From positions 6,762-70,761 of the forward strand of contig CACLCM010000001.1 of the NCBI GenBank assembly GCA_902605365.1: a DNA stretch of 64,000 nucleotides, read 5' to 3'. Positions 36,392 to 45,953 of this stretch are shown here, one piece after another. The notes under the pieces are model-generated. The model worked only from the letters and a program-made list of their open reading frames with translations, did not search any database and had not been told where the DNA came from. This stretch comes from an uncultured Candidatus Poseidoniales archaeon (GTDB taxonomy: Archaea; Thermoplasmatota; Poseidoniia; Poseidoniales; Poseidoniaceae). A program made the translations under genes and the position numbers. Positions within the stretch are counted from its first letter, which is position 1, and every line of letters starts with the position of its first letter.

Positions 36392-37481
36392 TCGTTCAAT
36401 TCAAGTTCTGATTGGCGATGGGACGGACATGAGCGAAGAAATTTCTGAAGAACCTACGGTTGATTCCGAAGAAGAAGAAGCTCCTGAACTCACCATCGAA
36501 GAACATCAAGAGGCACTCAAAAAATCACGCTGGAATGTCTTCATGTACCTCGGTTTAGCAGTTGTTTTATTCGGGTTTGCTTTATTCCCATTCATGAGTT
36601 TGACTCTATCTGTCGATGAAGGAATTGGCTCTATCGATACAACAGTAGATGTTATCGGATTATCACCGGGTGGTGAAGATTTCACCGATATCCCTGTGGA
36701 AATGGAAATAGTCGTTCAGTCTTTGCCTACCGATGTACAGAGTATCGAGGTATTCATGATCAAGAATGCTGAAGGCTGTGAAGCTACAGATGGTTCAGTA
36801 GAAAAAACTCGAAATCTTCTGCAACAAGGGAATTCTGAACATCCCAATAGTTATCTTCTCATCAACGACCCGGTTGAGTCACAAACATATGATGTTGAAT
36901 TCTCTGTTGACCCTGGTAAATATTGTATCCAGATTGTAGTAGATACTCAGAGTCAAAACTTCCAAGGAATAAATGTTGAATCAGAAATTGATATTTATCC
37001 AGCGCAGTTCCCTCTAGCAACAATTGGAGTGATTTGCCTTCTTCTTTCAGCATTCGCATTTATTGGAGCGCAAAAGCATGGCAAATTTGTGAAAGGTTTG
37101 GTTGAACCAAAGAGCGAGATTAGTGTTGAGGACGCAGTATTGGCTCAAACAACTTCGACTCGTATTACAGCAGGCCCAAGTGGTCCGCCAACTGGGCCTA
37201 CTGGACCTCCGGCCGCAGGACCTACTGGACCTCCCGCAGCAGGCCCTACTGGGCCACCAGCTGCGGGCCCTAGCGGAGCGCCAGAGGTTGCTAGCCCAGT
37301 AGTCCAAGAAGTTGTAGAAACTCCTGTTGTGGTTGAAGAACAAGTAGAAGCGGTTGCAGATGTTTACGAAGACCAAGGAGATGGCTGGTTCTTCCGCAGA
37401 TTACCTGATGGCTCTTACGACCAAACGGTATATGTTGTCGAAGATGGTCAATATGTTCCGTATGTCGAGCCTGAGGCCTGA
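36339..37481 (+). CDS. Membrane protein with acidic N-terminus, 2 TM segments and a C-terminal Pro/Gly/Ala low-complexity repeat (GPTGPPAAG x3); true start likely MSEEISEE at 36429
   Basis: ORF; hydrophobic segments VFMYLGLAVVLFGFALFPFM and IGVICLLLSAFAFIGA. 27-bp tandem repeats. Confidence 0.5.
   Translation: MVIEATPTFFSPLPTLNNRSIQVLIGDGTDMSEEISEEPTVDSEEEEAPELTIEEHQEALKKSRWNVFMYLGLAVVLFGFALFPFMSLTLSVDEGIGSIDTTVDVIGLSPGGEDFTDIPVEMEIVVQSLPTDVQSIEVFMIKNAEGCEATDGSVEKTRNLLQQGNSEHPNSYLLINDPVESQTYDVEFSVDPGKYCIQIVVDTQSQNFQGINVESEIDIYPAQFPLATIGVICLLLSAFAFIGAQKHGKFVKGLVEPKSEISVEDAVLAQTTSTRITAGPSGPPTGPTGPPAAGPTGPPAAGPTGPPAAGPSGAPEVASPVVQEVVETPVVVEEQVEAVADVYEDQGDGWFFRRLPDGSYDQTVYVVEDGQYVPYVEPEA
37190..37275 (+). 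repeat. Tandem 27-bp repeat (3 copies) encoding GPTGPPAAG
   Basis: CCTACTGGACCTCC(G/C)GC(C/A)GCAGG(A/C) repeated in frame. Confidence 0.7.
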
Positions 37482-37482
37482 T

Positions 37483-37499
37483 ATGGCCCTGTAAGGGCC
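37483..37499 (+). terminator. Tri-loop hairpin TGGCCCT-GTA-AGGGCCA right after the stop codon
   Basis: Perfect 7-bp inverted repeat seen directly. Confidence 0.35.
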
Positions 37500-37525
37500 A
37501 CAACTATACCCATCTTTGAAAGAGG

Positions 37526-39619
37526 GTGAAGTCTCCGTCTTTATTGATGAGTGAACCGGCATCTGATGATTTGTCCTCTCTCACTGTAGCCAAATTGAAG
37601 GTTATGTGTAAGGAGAATGGACTTTCTATGGCCGGTAGGAAAGCCGAATTGGTAGAACGATTAGACCAACATCTCAACGAAGAATCGATTTCACTCGAAG
37701 AAGTTGAAACCGTACCACTACCTTCCAAAGACGAGGAAGAAATCCTAGTGGCCGAAGTGATAGAGGCTGATATCATTGAAGAAACAGAAGCGCCAGTCCC
37801 TGTCACTTCCAAATCCTCAGATAAACCATTGACGTTCGTAGACCAAATTAAGAACCCAAAAGTCGCAGCAGTACTTCTTACAATTCTAATAGCAACAGGC
37901 GGTTGGTACTATTATGTCAATAGCCAATTGCAACCATTCACTGCCGATGATTTACGGTATGGGGATTCTATGGAATATACACTACTGAACGGTGATTTGG
38001 AAGTTACTGAAGGATTCATAGATCTCGTACAGGATAATTTCGATACAGGAGACGGAGATTATTGCCGAATGCAATTAGAGTTCTCCGGAAAAGGAACCAC
38101 TTCGGTAACTAATGGCGGTAGCAATGAATTGTTTTTCGAATCTGATGAGTCATTACTTGGAGCAGTTCAGGCCAAAGGTGGTTATGGGCTAGATTGGTTA
38201 ACAGTTGAGAAAACTCAAACACGTAATATCGATGACCTAACCTTCTCAAGATACAGGTACAAATTGCCACCATTCAACACTAACGAATGCAGCTCTATTC
38301 CAGAGGCAACTGGTGGTAGTTTGAAAATCGATACAAAGTCATGGACAGAACTATCAGAGCGAGACATCATTTCAACCCAAGCAGATTGGACAATCGATTT
38401 CCCAGCAATAGACCCTCCAATATATCGTGAAGGCACAACTATGTCGTTTGGCTTAGGAGGTGTTCTAGGTCTTCTTGAAGAGGTTGCACCTGGAGTTGCA
38501 ATCGTAGTATCTCCGGTGGAAATTAGAGAGATGATGGGAACTAAACTGATTCAAACAGATGCCAATGGAACCCACTTGGGATGGGAATGGAACGTCATTG
38601 GTCCTGATGATGTAGGAGATGATGAAATGTGGAAGATTGCGATGGAGCATCGTGAAATCCGAGAGAATTGTTTCGGTCACGCTAGGATTACTATGTGGGT
38701 GACAGAAGATTCACCATGGGCAGTTCGTCAAAACGTAGATGTTCATATTTCTGAAGATGGTGACAAATCATCTTGCGGAGGATTCTCTGACCAACTTGCG
38801 GACATCATACTACCCGATGGCAGCCTCAGCCTTAGCCTTGAAATGTCTAAAAATTCACTGACAAGGGGAAGTAAATTGCTCGACTTAGGTCGTAGTTATT
38901 CTTCTGTACCCAATGCCGGAGCCTATGCTCCTTCATCTAGCGAATTATCGGATTGGGGCAATTACGACTTACATTTACCGGATAATACCACACTTCGTTC
39001 TCACTCATTAGAGATGGCTGTGGGATGTGTAACTGCAGGATTTGTACCAGAAGCAACTGCAATCAATTCAGCATTGGATAATGATGGATATATTTGGCGA
39101 GCTAGAGACAACCGAAGCGATTCATCTACAACTAGTTGGAATCTCTCTTGGGTCAGTACCAGTCCTAATTCGGGTTGGGTTGTAGTCGATGTGTTGGGCG
39201 AACCTAGCCAAGAAAATTGCAATTATGTGTCGCATGGCGGGTACGATGATAGTGTGGCACATAGCCGCAATGACATACCTTCAGCTCTGAACATAAGTAT
39301 GCTAGAACAAGACCTCGTTGATTCGACAAGATTCCCTCAACTTAGTGGCGATGATGGGTTCTTCACATCATCTGGAGAATATCATTCAGAAACTAGAGTT
39401 GGACATTTGGTCGTAACTCCGGATGGAGATTATACCGATTGGATAAACCGATTAAGTTCAGGAGATACAGGTGCTACGACTTTGGACTTAACTCGCTCTT
39501 GGTCGTCATCTACCACGAATAATGGAATAACTACACTGTGGGATAACACGCTCTCTTTGGCTATGGATGCCACAACAGGACAAGTTATTGGTTGGAATCA
39601 CGTAAAAACTCCAATATGA
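37526..39619 (+). CDS. SAP-domain membrane protein: N-terminal cytoplasmic SAP motif, one TM helix, large extracellular domain
   Basis: LSSLTVAKLKVMCKENGLSMAGRKAELVERLDQHL is a canonical SAP helix-extended-helix motif. TM VAAVLLTILIATGGWYYYV. Confidence 0.55.
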   Translation: MKSPSLLMSEPASDDLSSLTVAKLKVMCKENGLSMAGRKAELVERLDQHLNEESISLEEVETVPLPSKDEEEILVAEVIEADIIEETEAPVPVTSKSSDKPLTFVDQIKNPKVAAVLLTILIATGGWYYYVNSQLQPFTADDLRYGDSMEYTLLNGDLEVTEGFIDLVQDNFDTGDGDYCRMQLEFSGKGTTSVTNGGSNELFFESDESLLGAVQAKGGYGLDWLTVEKTQTRNIDDLTFSRYRYKLPPFNTNECSSIPEATGGSLKIDTKSWTELSERDIISTQADWTIDFPAIDPPIYREGTTMSFGLGGVLGLLEEVAPGVAIVVSPVEIREMMGTKLIQTDANGTHLGWEWNVIGPDDVGDDEMWKIAMEHREIRENCFGHARITMWVTEDSPWAVRQNVDVHISEDGDKSSCGGFSDQLADIILPDGSLSLSLEMSKNSLTRGSKLLDLGRSYSSVPNAGAYAPSSSELSDWGNYDLHLPDNTTLRSHSLEMAVGCVTAGFVPEATAINSALDNDGYIWRARDNRSDSSTTSWNLSWVSTSPNSGWVVVDVLGEPSQENCNYVSHGGYDDSVAHSRNDIPSALNISMLEQDLVDSTRFPQLSGDDGFFTSSGEYHSETRVGHLVVTPDGDYTDWINRLSSGDTGATTLDLTRSWSSSTTNNGITTLWDNTLSLAMDATTGQVIGWNHVKTPI

Positions 39620-39628
39620 GGTGAAAGA

Positions 39629-39958
39629 ATGACTGGTAGAGGACTAGATCATTTAATCGAACAGAATGAAACCGACCTTGGTTTTCTTTCTGCATATGGT
39701 GGTGGAGAAAGTCCTGCAGAACTTCTAGCTCTCATTCAGGATGCTATTTGTGAAGGAATGAAGTTAGAAGAAGTTTCAGAAGGAGTTCAGTTTACTCTAG
39801 AAAGAGAAAACCTTCCCCTTGTACCTTCAGATATTAATCGCAGAGGTTTCCTAAAACCATCTCTAGACAACAAAGGCGTAACGGTTACAATAACTGATTT
39901 TGGACCTGAACAACGCCGTTTTATCGAGCGTTTAGTCGAATTCATTCTTTACGAATGA
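39629..39958 (+). CDS. Hypothetical small cytoplasmic protein
   Basis: ORF only. Confidence 0.35.
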   Translation: MTGRGLDHLIEQNETDLGFLSAYGGGESPAELLALIQDAICEGMKLEEVSEGVQFTLERENLPLVPSDINRRGFLKPSLDNKGVTVTITDFGPEQRRFIERLVEFILYE

Positions 39959-40532
39959 CCGCAACAGCGATCACTCCTAGAGAAATCGCTCCTAGAGTTG
40001 CTAGAACGCCTACAGCAGGAAGGCCATCAGAATCTTCCTCGCTATCTTCAGGACATCCATCGCCGCCCCATTCTCCATCATTTAGCCAACAATCTGACCA
40101 AGTCTTGTAGAAACCGGATGAAGGGAACATTTCGGTCGTGTCATTGTCATTGGAATATGTTGCCTTAACTCTCCAATTCACGTATGTGTGGTCTTCTATG
40201 GTAGTCACAGATGAAGTGAATGTTCGGTTATCCTCACTTGTAACAACAGCAGATTCTGGCGGTAAGCAAACCCCATCATTATTACAAATCTGAGTAATCA
40301 AATCGAATGTGGTATTATTGTTGAATGCATCATTATTCAGAGTCATTGTGATATCCCAATTTTCTAAATCTGTAGTTACTTCAGTATGAGAAATTGCATC
40401 AAAAATAGTTTCTTCAACCACTGGCTCGATATTTACTCCGCCTTCTACATCAGCAGCATAGGTAGTGTTCAGTAGTGCAATACTCATCAAAATACAAACT
40501 ATCATTCTTGTTTTCATAGTTCCATCTCCCAT
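39942..40532 (-). CDS. Small secreted protein with C-terminal TM anchor
   Basis: Signal peptide MIVCILMSIALLNTTYA. C-terminal LPAVGVLATLGAISLGVIAVAVIRKE. Confidence 0.45.
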   Translation of the reverse strand: MGDGTMKTRMIVCILMSIALLNTTYAADVEGGVNIEPVVEETIFDAISHTEVTTDLENWDITMTLNNDAFNNNTTFDLITQICNNDGVCLPPESAVVTSEDNRTFTSSVTTIEDHTYVNWRVKATYSNDNDTTEMFPSSGFYKTWSDCWLNDGEWGGDGCPEDSEEDSDGLPAVGVLATLGAISLGVIAVAVIRKE

Positions 40533-41080
40533 AACTCGTCACCAACCCAGTGAATGTTCTTTAGGCCCTTGCCTTTTAATTCACCGATTAGGGAAGGCCC
40601 ATCTTTAGTGGCCCATCCAATCGCTAATGGCCTCTTATGAGTCTGGTCTCTAACCCAGACCAAATCTCCTTCTTTGATTTCTTCATCAGCATTATGGATG
40701 CCAGCAACCATACAATCTGCGCCCTTCATCAAGAAAGGAATTGCTCCATGGTCAACCTCAACGAAACGCTTCTCACAAGGGTAAGAAAGGAAGCCTCGTA
40801 AAGTAAGGAATACGACTCGCTCATCATCAGGGCTCATCAACTCTACAGCCAATGGAACTCGATCAACTAACACCATTTTCCAAGGCCCGTAATCTGCCAT
40901 TTCAAGGAAAGCGCCATCGACTGCTAAATCAATACCTAAAGCGGATTCTAGGTCTTTGAGTAAAGGAGCGATATTTTTGCGTCTAACCGGTCGGCGCTTC
41001 TTGATTTGCCAGTCCTTCGCCATGTTAGCCCCTGTGGTCCCTGATGTTTGACCCTTCGGTTTGATGAGGGCGTGACCCAT
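40514..41080 (-). CDS. PUA-domain RNA-binding protein (Nip7/Tma20-like archaeal family); start likely at MAKDWQ
   Basis: C-terminal PUA-like GAIPFLMKGADCMVAGI...GDLVWV block. Confidence 0.5.
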   Translation of the reverse strand: MGHALIKPKGQTSGTTGANMAKDWQIKKRRPVRRKNIAPLLKDLESALGIDLAVDGAFLEMADYGPWKMVLVDRVPLAVELMSPDDERVVFLTLRGFLSYPCEKRFVEVDHGAIPFLMKGADCMVAGIHNADEEIKEGDLVWVRDQTHKRPLAIGWATKDGPSLIGELKGKGLKNIHWVGDELWEMEL

Positions 41081-41660
41081 GCGGTTGAATATGGACGTAT
41101 GGTGTGCAATCCGAACCTATCCTAAACATGCTCTAGAATTAGGCAATCCGATCCCACAAGAGCCGGTATTTTTCCTCAAACCTTCTTCCTCGATAATCGA
41201 ATTTGGCCAAATCGAGACCTGTGATGGCGATGTCCATCACGAAATTGAGCTGGTTTTGAAAATCGGAGATGAAGGAATGCCTTCACACATGGCTCTAGGA
41301 TTAGATTTGACTAAACGTAGTGTTCAAGACCATTTGAAGTCAAATGGATTGCCATGGGCAGAAGCAAAAGCCTTCTCTGGTAGTGCAGTAATTGGTGACT
41401 GGTTTGAGTATGACCACAGAGCAGAATATAGCTTAGAAATCAACGGCGAAGAAGTTCAAAGAGGTTCTCTGAAAGAAATGAGTTGGACTCCTGGCGAATT
41501 AATCGACAAACTCGCTCATTGGGCTCCAATTACAAAGGGCGACCTATTGTTCACTGGTACTCCTGCAGGCGTTGGTCCATTAATGGCAAATGACACCGTC
41601 ACGGCCTCTCTATACATCGAAAACAAGTGTATTGTCTCACATACAGCACAATGTGTTTGA
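41079..41660 (+). CDS. Fumarylacetoacetate hydrolase (FAH) family protein
   Basis: FLKPSSS, HHEIELVLKIG, GDLLFTGTPAGVG blocks typical of the FAH fold. Confidence 0.6.
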   Translation: MRLNMDVWCAIRTYPKHALELGNPIPQEPVFFLKPSSSIIEFGQIETCDGDVHHEIELVLKIGDEGMPSHMALGLDLTKRSVQDHLKSNGLPWAEAKAFSGSAVIGDWFEYDHRAEYSLEINGEEVQRGSLKEMSWTPGELIDKLAHWAPITKGDLLFTGTPAGVGPLMANDTVTASLYIENKCIVSHTAQCV

Positions 41661-41714
41661 GGCATACCCTTCAAATATGAACGGCTGGTCGCCAAGCCGC
41701 TGGAGACAACAATA

Positions 41715-42089
41715 ATGGGACAGTGGCACGGAATCTCACGTCGCAAGTCAAGTGGAGGACGTCGCGTTTCTTCTCGTGGAAAGAGAAGTACCGAAATCTC
41801 CTCGGAAAAGCAATTTGCTCTTATTGGAGAGCCAAAGCGCAAAATCTACCGTAAGACCGGTGGAAACACGCTTGTTCGTGTTCTATCCGACAACCGTTGC
41901 ACAATCAACGGTAAGGATGGCAAGTCTACAATCGCTAATATCACCAACGTCATCCAAAATGACGCAAACTCAAACTACATTCGTCGTAACATCCTGACCA
42001 AGGGTGCAGTCGTAGAGACCGATAAAGGCCAAGTCAAGATTACTTCTCGTCCAGGACACGATGGCGTTCTAAACGGTGTTGTACTTTGA
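41715..42089 (+). CDS. rps8e: 30S ribosomal protein S8e (eS8)
   Basis: GxSRRKxSGG N-terminus and ITSRPGHDGVLNGVVL C-terminus match archaeal S8e. Confidence 0.9.
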   Translation: MGQWHGISRRKSSGGRRVSSRGKRSTEISSEKQFALIGEPKRKIYRKTGGNTLVRVLSDNRCTINGKDGKSTIANITNVIQNDANSNYIRRNILTKGAVVETDKGQVKITSRPGHDGVLNGVVL

Positions 42090-42125
42090 ATGGGTTCAAA
42101 GGTAATCGCCCTCTGAGGGTTTGAT

Positions 42126-42581
42126 ATGGACCACAATCCAGACCGCATTGCAGTCTGGCCTGGCTACTTCAATGCCAAGGTTAGTCGTCGTAGTGGTCGA
42201 CGTGTTCCAAGAGATTCTAGCGTTCTAAAACCAGACTTAGAAGGTCTTTTCATCGCTTCAAGAGCATTGGGTTTGAAAAAAATCAAGCGTGAAGAAAAAA
42301 TTTCACATCCTAACAGGCCTCATGGTAAAGAAGGCCGGCTATGGGTTTCCAAAAAAGGAGCTAGTGAATCAATCGGCGCTTCTACCAAAGAAGAAATTCT
42401 CCAATTGATTGGTGGCCAGTGGCGCCAAATGCAGAAGGACCAGCGTTCGAATGAGAAAGATGCACAAGTTCGTGGCCCAAAGGTCGGGGACAAGCGTGCT
42501 CGCTCACAACGCAAAGGCGCTAACAAAGCCAAGGCGGCCCAAGCACGTGCTCAAAGAAGCCAGAAACGCCGTCGCCGTTGA
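42126..42581 (+). CDS. srp19: Signal recognition particle protein SRP19 with basic C-terminal tail
   Basis: IAVWPGYFNAKVSRRSGRRVP matches the SRP19 N-terminal signature. Confidence 0.75.
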   Translation: MDHNPDRIAVWPGYFNAKVSRRSGRRVPRDSSVLKPDLEGLFIASRALGLKKIKREEKISHPNRPHGKEGRLWVSKKGASESIGASTKEEILQLIGGQWRQMQKDQRSNEKDAQVRGPKVGDKRARSQRKGANKAKAAQARAQRSQKRRRR

Positions 42582-42588
42582 ATAGGAA

Positions 42589-43002
42589 TTGATTATTTGC
42601 TTATTGCCATTCGAATGTGGCATGCACTACTTCTTTCCAGGGATGATTGTCGGTTTTATTATTCTCCAAACGTCAATCATTGCACCAACCTTGTTCAAAA
42701 AATTGGATATCAAAAATTTTGGAATTGCAATTAGGGCTATTTGGCCTAAGTTCTTCATTGCAATTTTCTTGTTAGGTTCTGCCACACTTGCAACCGTTGC
42801 AACGCATGATGAATTATCGATTTACCATTATGCAATTGCTGGCAGCACTACTCTTTTCGCTTTAGTTTGCTATCTTATCATACCTGCAACCAATCGAGCT
42901 ACAGATGAAGGTAACAAAAAATTGTTCAATATTCTGCACAAAACTAGCGTCTATCTTACCGTAATAATGTTGATTTCAAACATTGCTTACCTATTTGTTT
43001 GA
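42589..43002 (+). CDS. Small integral membrane protein (4 TM), unknown function
   Basis: Hydropathy only. Confidence 0.45.
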   Translation: MIICLLPFECGMHYFFPGMIVGFIILQTSIIAPTLFKKLDIKNFGIAIRAIWPKFFIAIFLLGSATLATVATHDELSIYHYAIAGSTTLFALVCYLIIPATNRATDEGNKKLFNILHKTSVYLTVIMLISNIAYLFV

Positions 43003-43018
43003 AGTTCACAATCAAAAA

Positions 43019-44911
43019 TTAAGAATTGCTCGTACAGATATCGGATGTACACAAAGTAGTATCATAATATTCTCTTGTTGCAGGGTCAAAGACATCCATT
43101 TGTAGAGTAGAGCCTGAATCGACAACAGTAACTATTGTTGAGGCTGCTGAAGGAAGATAATCTTCACCAGTACTCCTCAGGGTTAGTCGAATAGTATGTC
43201 CTTCATCAATCTCTACATCCATTGGGAAAAACTCCATCACTGCTGTGATCTCTTCAAAGATTGGAGTCCAAGACTGCTCTTGAGAGCCACCTGCATGGTA
43301 TCTTAGATCCATAATTGCGTGACCGATGTGGATACAAGTGCCTTCGTAACAATCTTCCATAAGTGCATAAATTTGTCCTCCAATAGTTGCTGTATTCACA
43401 TTGACGTGCAGCCTAGGAGTTCCGCCAAAGTAGAGTGCTTCTTCTAGTGGAGGAGTTTCATAAACAGGTCCTGAACTAGCATCTGGACGAATTGTGTTTC
43501 CTCCGCCCATCGCTGCAAGTTCCGTGCTACCTAACTCCCACCAAACTTCTTCAGTATTGGACATAGGGTAGCGGTCCTCAAATCGCCAGTCGCCTTGGTT
43601 AGATTGGATTTCAACTCCAAGCCATGGCTGTGGGCCAACTTCTTTCAGATAGTATGTGAACCACTCTAGAAGGTCTTGCATCCAATCCATGCGTACCATC
43701 TCAGGGAAGGCTTCTCTGCCTCTGCCATCTGCACTTCTGTCGTACATCTGTTGAGGGCGGTCAGGATAATCGTGGTCCCATTGTCCGAACAGTCCCTTTG
43801 CTTCTATATCCGCATCATACAATTTGTTGATAGTTGGAATAGCCATATGTGGGTCAACGTTCCAGTCATGCATCCCTTGAATCAAATATACACTGCCTTC
43901 GTAATTTTCTAGGACTCTATCCAAGAAATATCTCTCGCCCCAGTAATCACCTGCAGCCTCACTGCCCCAGGCCCAAGCAGCGCCACCTGTGGCTGGCCCA
44001 GCGATATAATCAGGACACATGTTCCCTGCATCTTCCAAATCCCCGTCAATTCCGTAGGACCCGTACACGCCATTGTGCATAATCGGCGCACGAGCTTCAC
44101 TACTGCCGTTACGCCACATCAACTCCATCACGCCGATTAAACCAGAAATAGGAACGATTGTTGTGAGGTGTTCATTTCCAAACATTGCAGCCTGCCATGG
44201 AGTTGAACCATCGTATGATTTTCCAATCATCCCAACATTTCCATTACTCCAATCTTGACTTCCCAGCCAAGTGACTGCTGCATCAACCCCAAGTTGTTCA
44301 GCGGTACCCATCAAATCCATACAGTGGTTTGACCTACCAGTTCCCATAACAGAAACTTGAGCGAAGGCAAAGCCATGAGGAACGATTTGCTCCAAGATCA
44401 TTGTTCCCAACCATGTACCTGGCTCTTCAATACCGGGAGTTTCAACAGATGCTTCATCGAAATAGGGTCCAAATTCTGCAATAACAGGTACAGTGGTTCC
44501 TTCTGGAACATCAGGAATCCAAACTGCTAGACTGACCTTGCCGTTAGGTGCAGCTCCACCCTCTTCAATCGGTAATTCAAAATCTACGAAATGGTGTGTT
44601 CCCGACCACAATTGCGCTCCATCCGGACCGGTTAAGGTTCCATTTTCAAGGATGTAAGAATGAGAACCATTAGTGACAAAGTCTTGCTTGTATCTTTCTT
44701 CAATAGGGACATATTCAAACATTGATTCATCCATGGTAAATTCTTCTACGATTGTACCAATCACTTTGCTCATCAAGAGAAATACAATCGCAATAGCAAT
44801 CGTACCACCTAGGACAGCGTTCAACGAGCGGGTATCACTAGCCTTGGAAGAACTCTCATCTTCCACGATCTCGGCATCAAATACCGCTTCGCTCATGGTA
44901 CCCTGATACAT
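43019..44911 (-). CDS. Membrane-anchored (type II) CocE/NonD-family S15 peptidase (Xaa-Pro dipeptidyl-peptidase-like)
   Basis: N-terminal TM LGGTIAIAIVFLLMSKVI. Nucleophile elbow GKSYDGS. Alpha/beta-hydrolase plus C-terminal beta-sandwich length; paralog at 53130..55010. Confidence 0.75.
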   Translation of the reverse strand: MYQGTMSEAVFDAEIVEDESSSKASDTRSLNAVLGGTIAIAIVFLLMSKVIGTIVEEFTMDESMFEYVPIEERYKQDFVTNGSHSYILENGTLTGPDGAQLWSGTHHFVDFELPIEEGGAAPNGKVSLAVWIPDVPEGTTVPVIAEFGPYFDEASVETPGIEEPGTWLGTMILEQIVPHGFAFAQVSVMGTGRSNHCMDLMGTAEQLGVDAAVTWLGSQDWSNGNVGMIGKSYDGSTPWQAAMFGNEHLTTIVPISGLIGVMELMWRNGSSEARAPIMHNGVYGSYGIDGDLEDAGNMCPDYIAGPATGGAAWAWGSEAAGDYWGERYFLDRVLENYEGSVYLIQGMHDWNVDPHMAIPTINKLYDADIEAKGLFGQWDHDYPDRPQQMYDRSADGRGREAFPEMVRMDWMQDLLEWFTYYLKEVGPQPWLGVEIQSNQGDWRFEDRYPMSNTEEVWWELGSTELAAMGGGNTIRPDASSGPVYETPPLEEALYFGGTPRLHVNVNTATIGGQIYALMEDCYEGTCIHIGHAIMDLRYHAGGSQEQSWTPIFEEITAVMEFFPMDVEIDEGHTIRLTLRSTGEDYLPSAASTIVTVVDSGSTLQMDVFDPATREYYDTTLCTSDICTSNS

Positions 44912-44946
44912 CTCTTACTCATGACTTTGATGCCAGTTAGTGCGAA

Positions 44947-45903
44947 TCAGACTTTGGCCATCAATCCCATATTCATTGGAATTGGAGAGATGAAGTTTTG
45001 ATGGATTGGATTATTTGCATCGTGTCTGTTTATGTGGTGGCTAAGCAAAATCATTGCAGCAGATCTTGGTAGAAGTCCTTTCCTGAATTGATGAATGACT
45101 TCCAAGAGTTCTCTTTTGTCTTGTTTGGACATGTTTGGTAGTTTTCCGATGACTCTTTCCATTGCATGAGCAATTCGCCCACGTCTGGTGAGTACAGATA
45201 GGCCCTTTTGCGCTTCAGTCATGTACTTCAGAGCAACGTTTTCTGGGTGTTCATCATTATCGAATCCTTGAGCAATGATTCTGCCCAATGCTCTCTTAGA
45301 GTCAGGTGCACGACTTAACAAGAATAACTTGTGTTCAGCATGGAATTTCATAATTTTACTAGCACTCCAGCCAGACTCTCCTATTGTTTGCCAGTCGTTG
45401 AAGAAATGAACACGCGCTAGGAAATGTTCTGCTTGACGAGGATCGGTTAGGCGTCCTTCCTCTATTACTGGAATGTGGGGGTATAGCGTGGTGAATACCT
45501 TTGCAAACATGCCAACACCATCTCGAACTGCTTGCGGATTTTCACCACGGTATACCTTAACTCGCTCAAGACCACAGCTTGGTGAATCCTTCTTGAATAC
45601 GAATCCACTGATACCAATAGACATTAGGTAATCAGATTGAATCTCTGAATACTCTAGCATCTTGTCAGTGAAATCTTCACCATTCTTTGGATTCACTAGC
45701 GAAATCCTTTCTTCACCTTTGACTAGCCTGATGGTTGGACGTGGCACCCCCATGCCGATTCCAACTTCAGGGCAGACACCGACTAATTCTAGATGCTCAC
45801 TCCAAACGCGGTTGAGCACCCTAAATTCTGCAGCATCGCCGTTGTAACGTACTTTCTTTCCAAGGAGACATGCTGATACTGCAAGTTTAGGTTTACTAGA
45901 CAT
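44947..45903 (-). CDS. DUF523 (TudS-like)/DUF1722 fusion protein
   Basis: LAVSACLLG...RYNGD...CPEV...PR block typical of DUF523. C-terminal helical DUF1722-like region. Confidence 0.65.
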   Translation of the reverse strand: MSSKPKLAVSACLLGKKVRYNGDAAEFRVLNRVWSEHLELVGVCPEVGIGMGVPRPTIRLVKGEERISLVNPKNGEDFTDKMLEYSEIQSDYLMSIGISGFVFKKDSPSCGLERVKVYRGENPQAVRDGVGMFAKVFTTLYPHIPVIEEGRLTDPRQAEHFLARVHFFNDWQTIGESGWSASKIMKFHAEHKLFLLSRAPDSKRALGRIIAQGFDNDEHPENVALKYMTEAQKGLSVLTRRGRIAHAMERVIGKLPNMSKQDKRELLEVIHQFRKGLLPRSAAMILLSHHINRHDANNPIHQNFISPIPMNMGLMAKV

Positions 45904-45953
45904 ACAATAACTTTAGTGGGTCACTATATGAAAGCCCGTTTTTCTCAAGGGAA

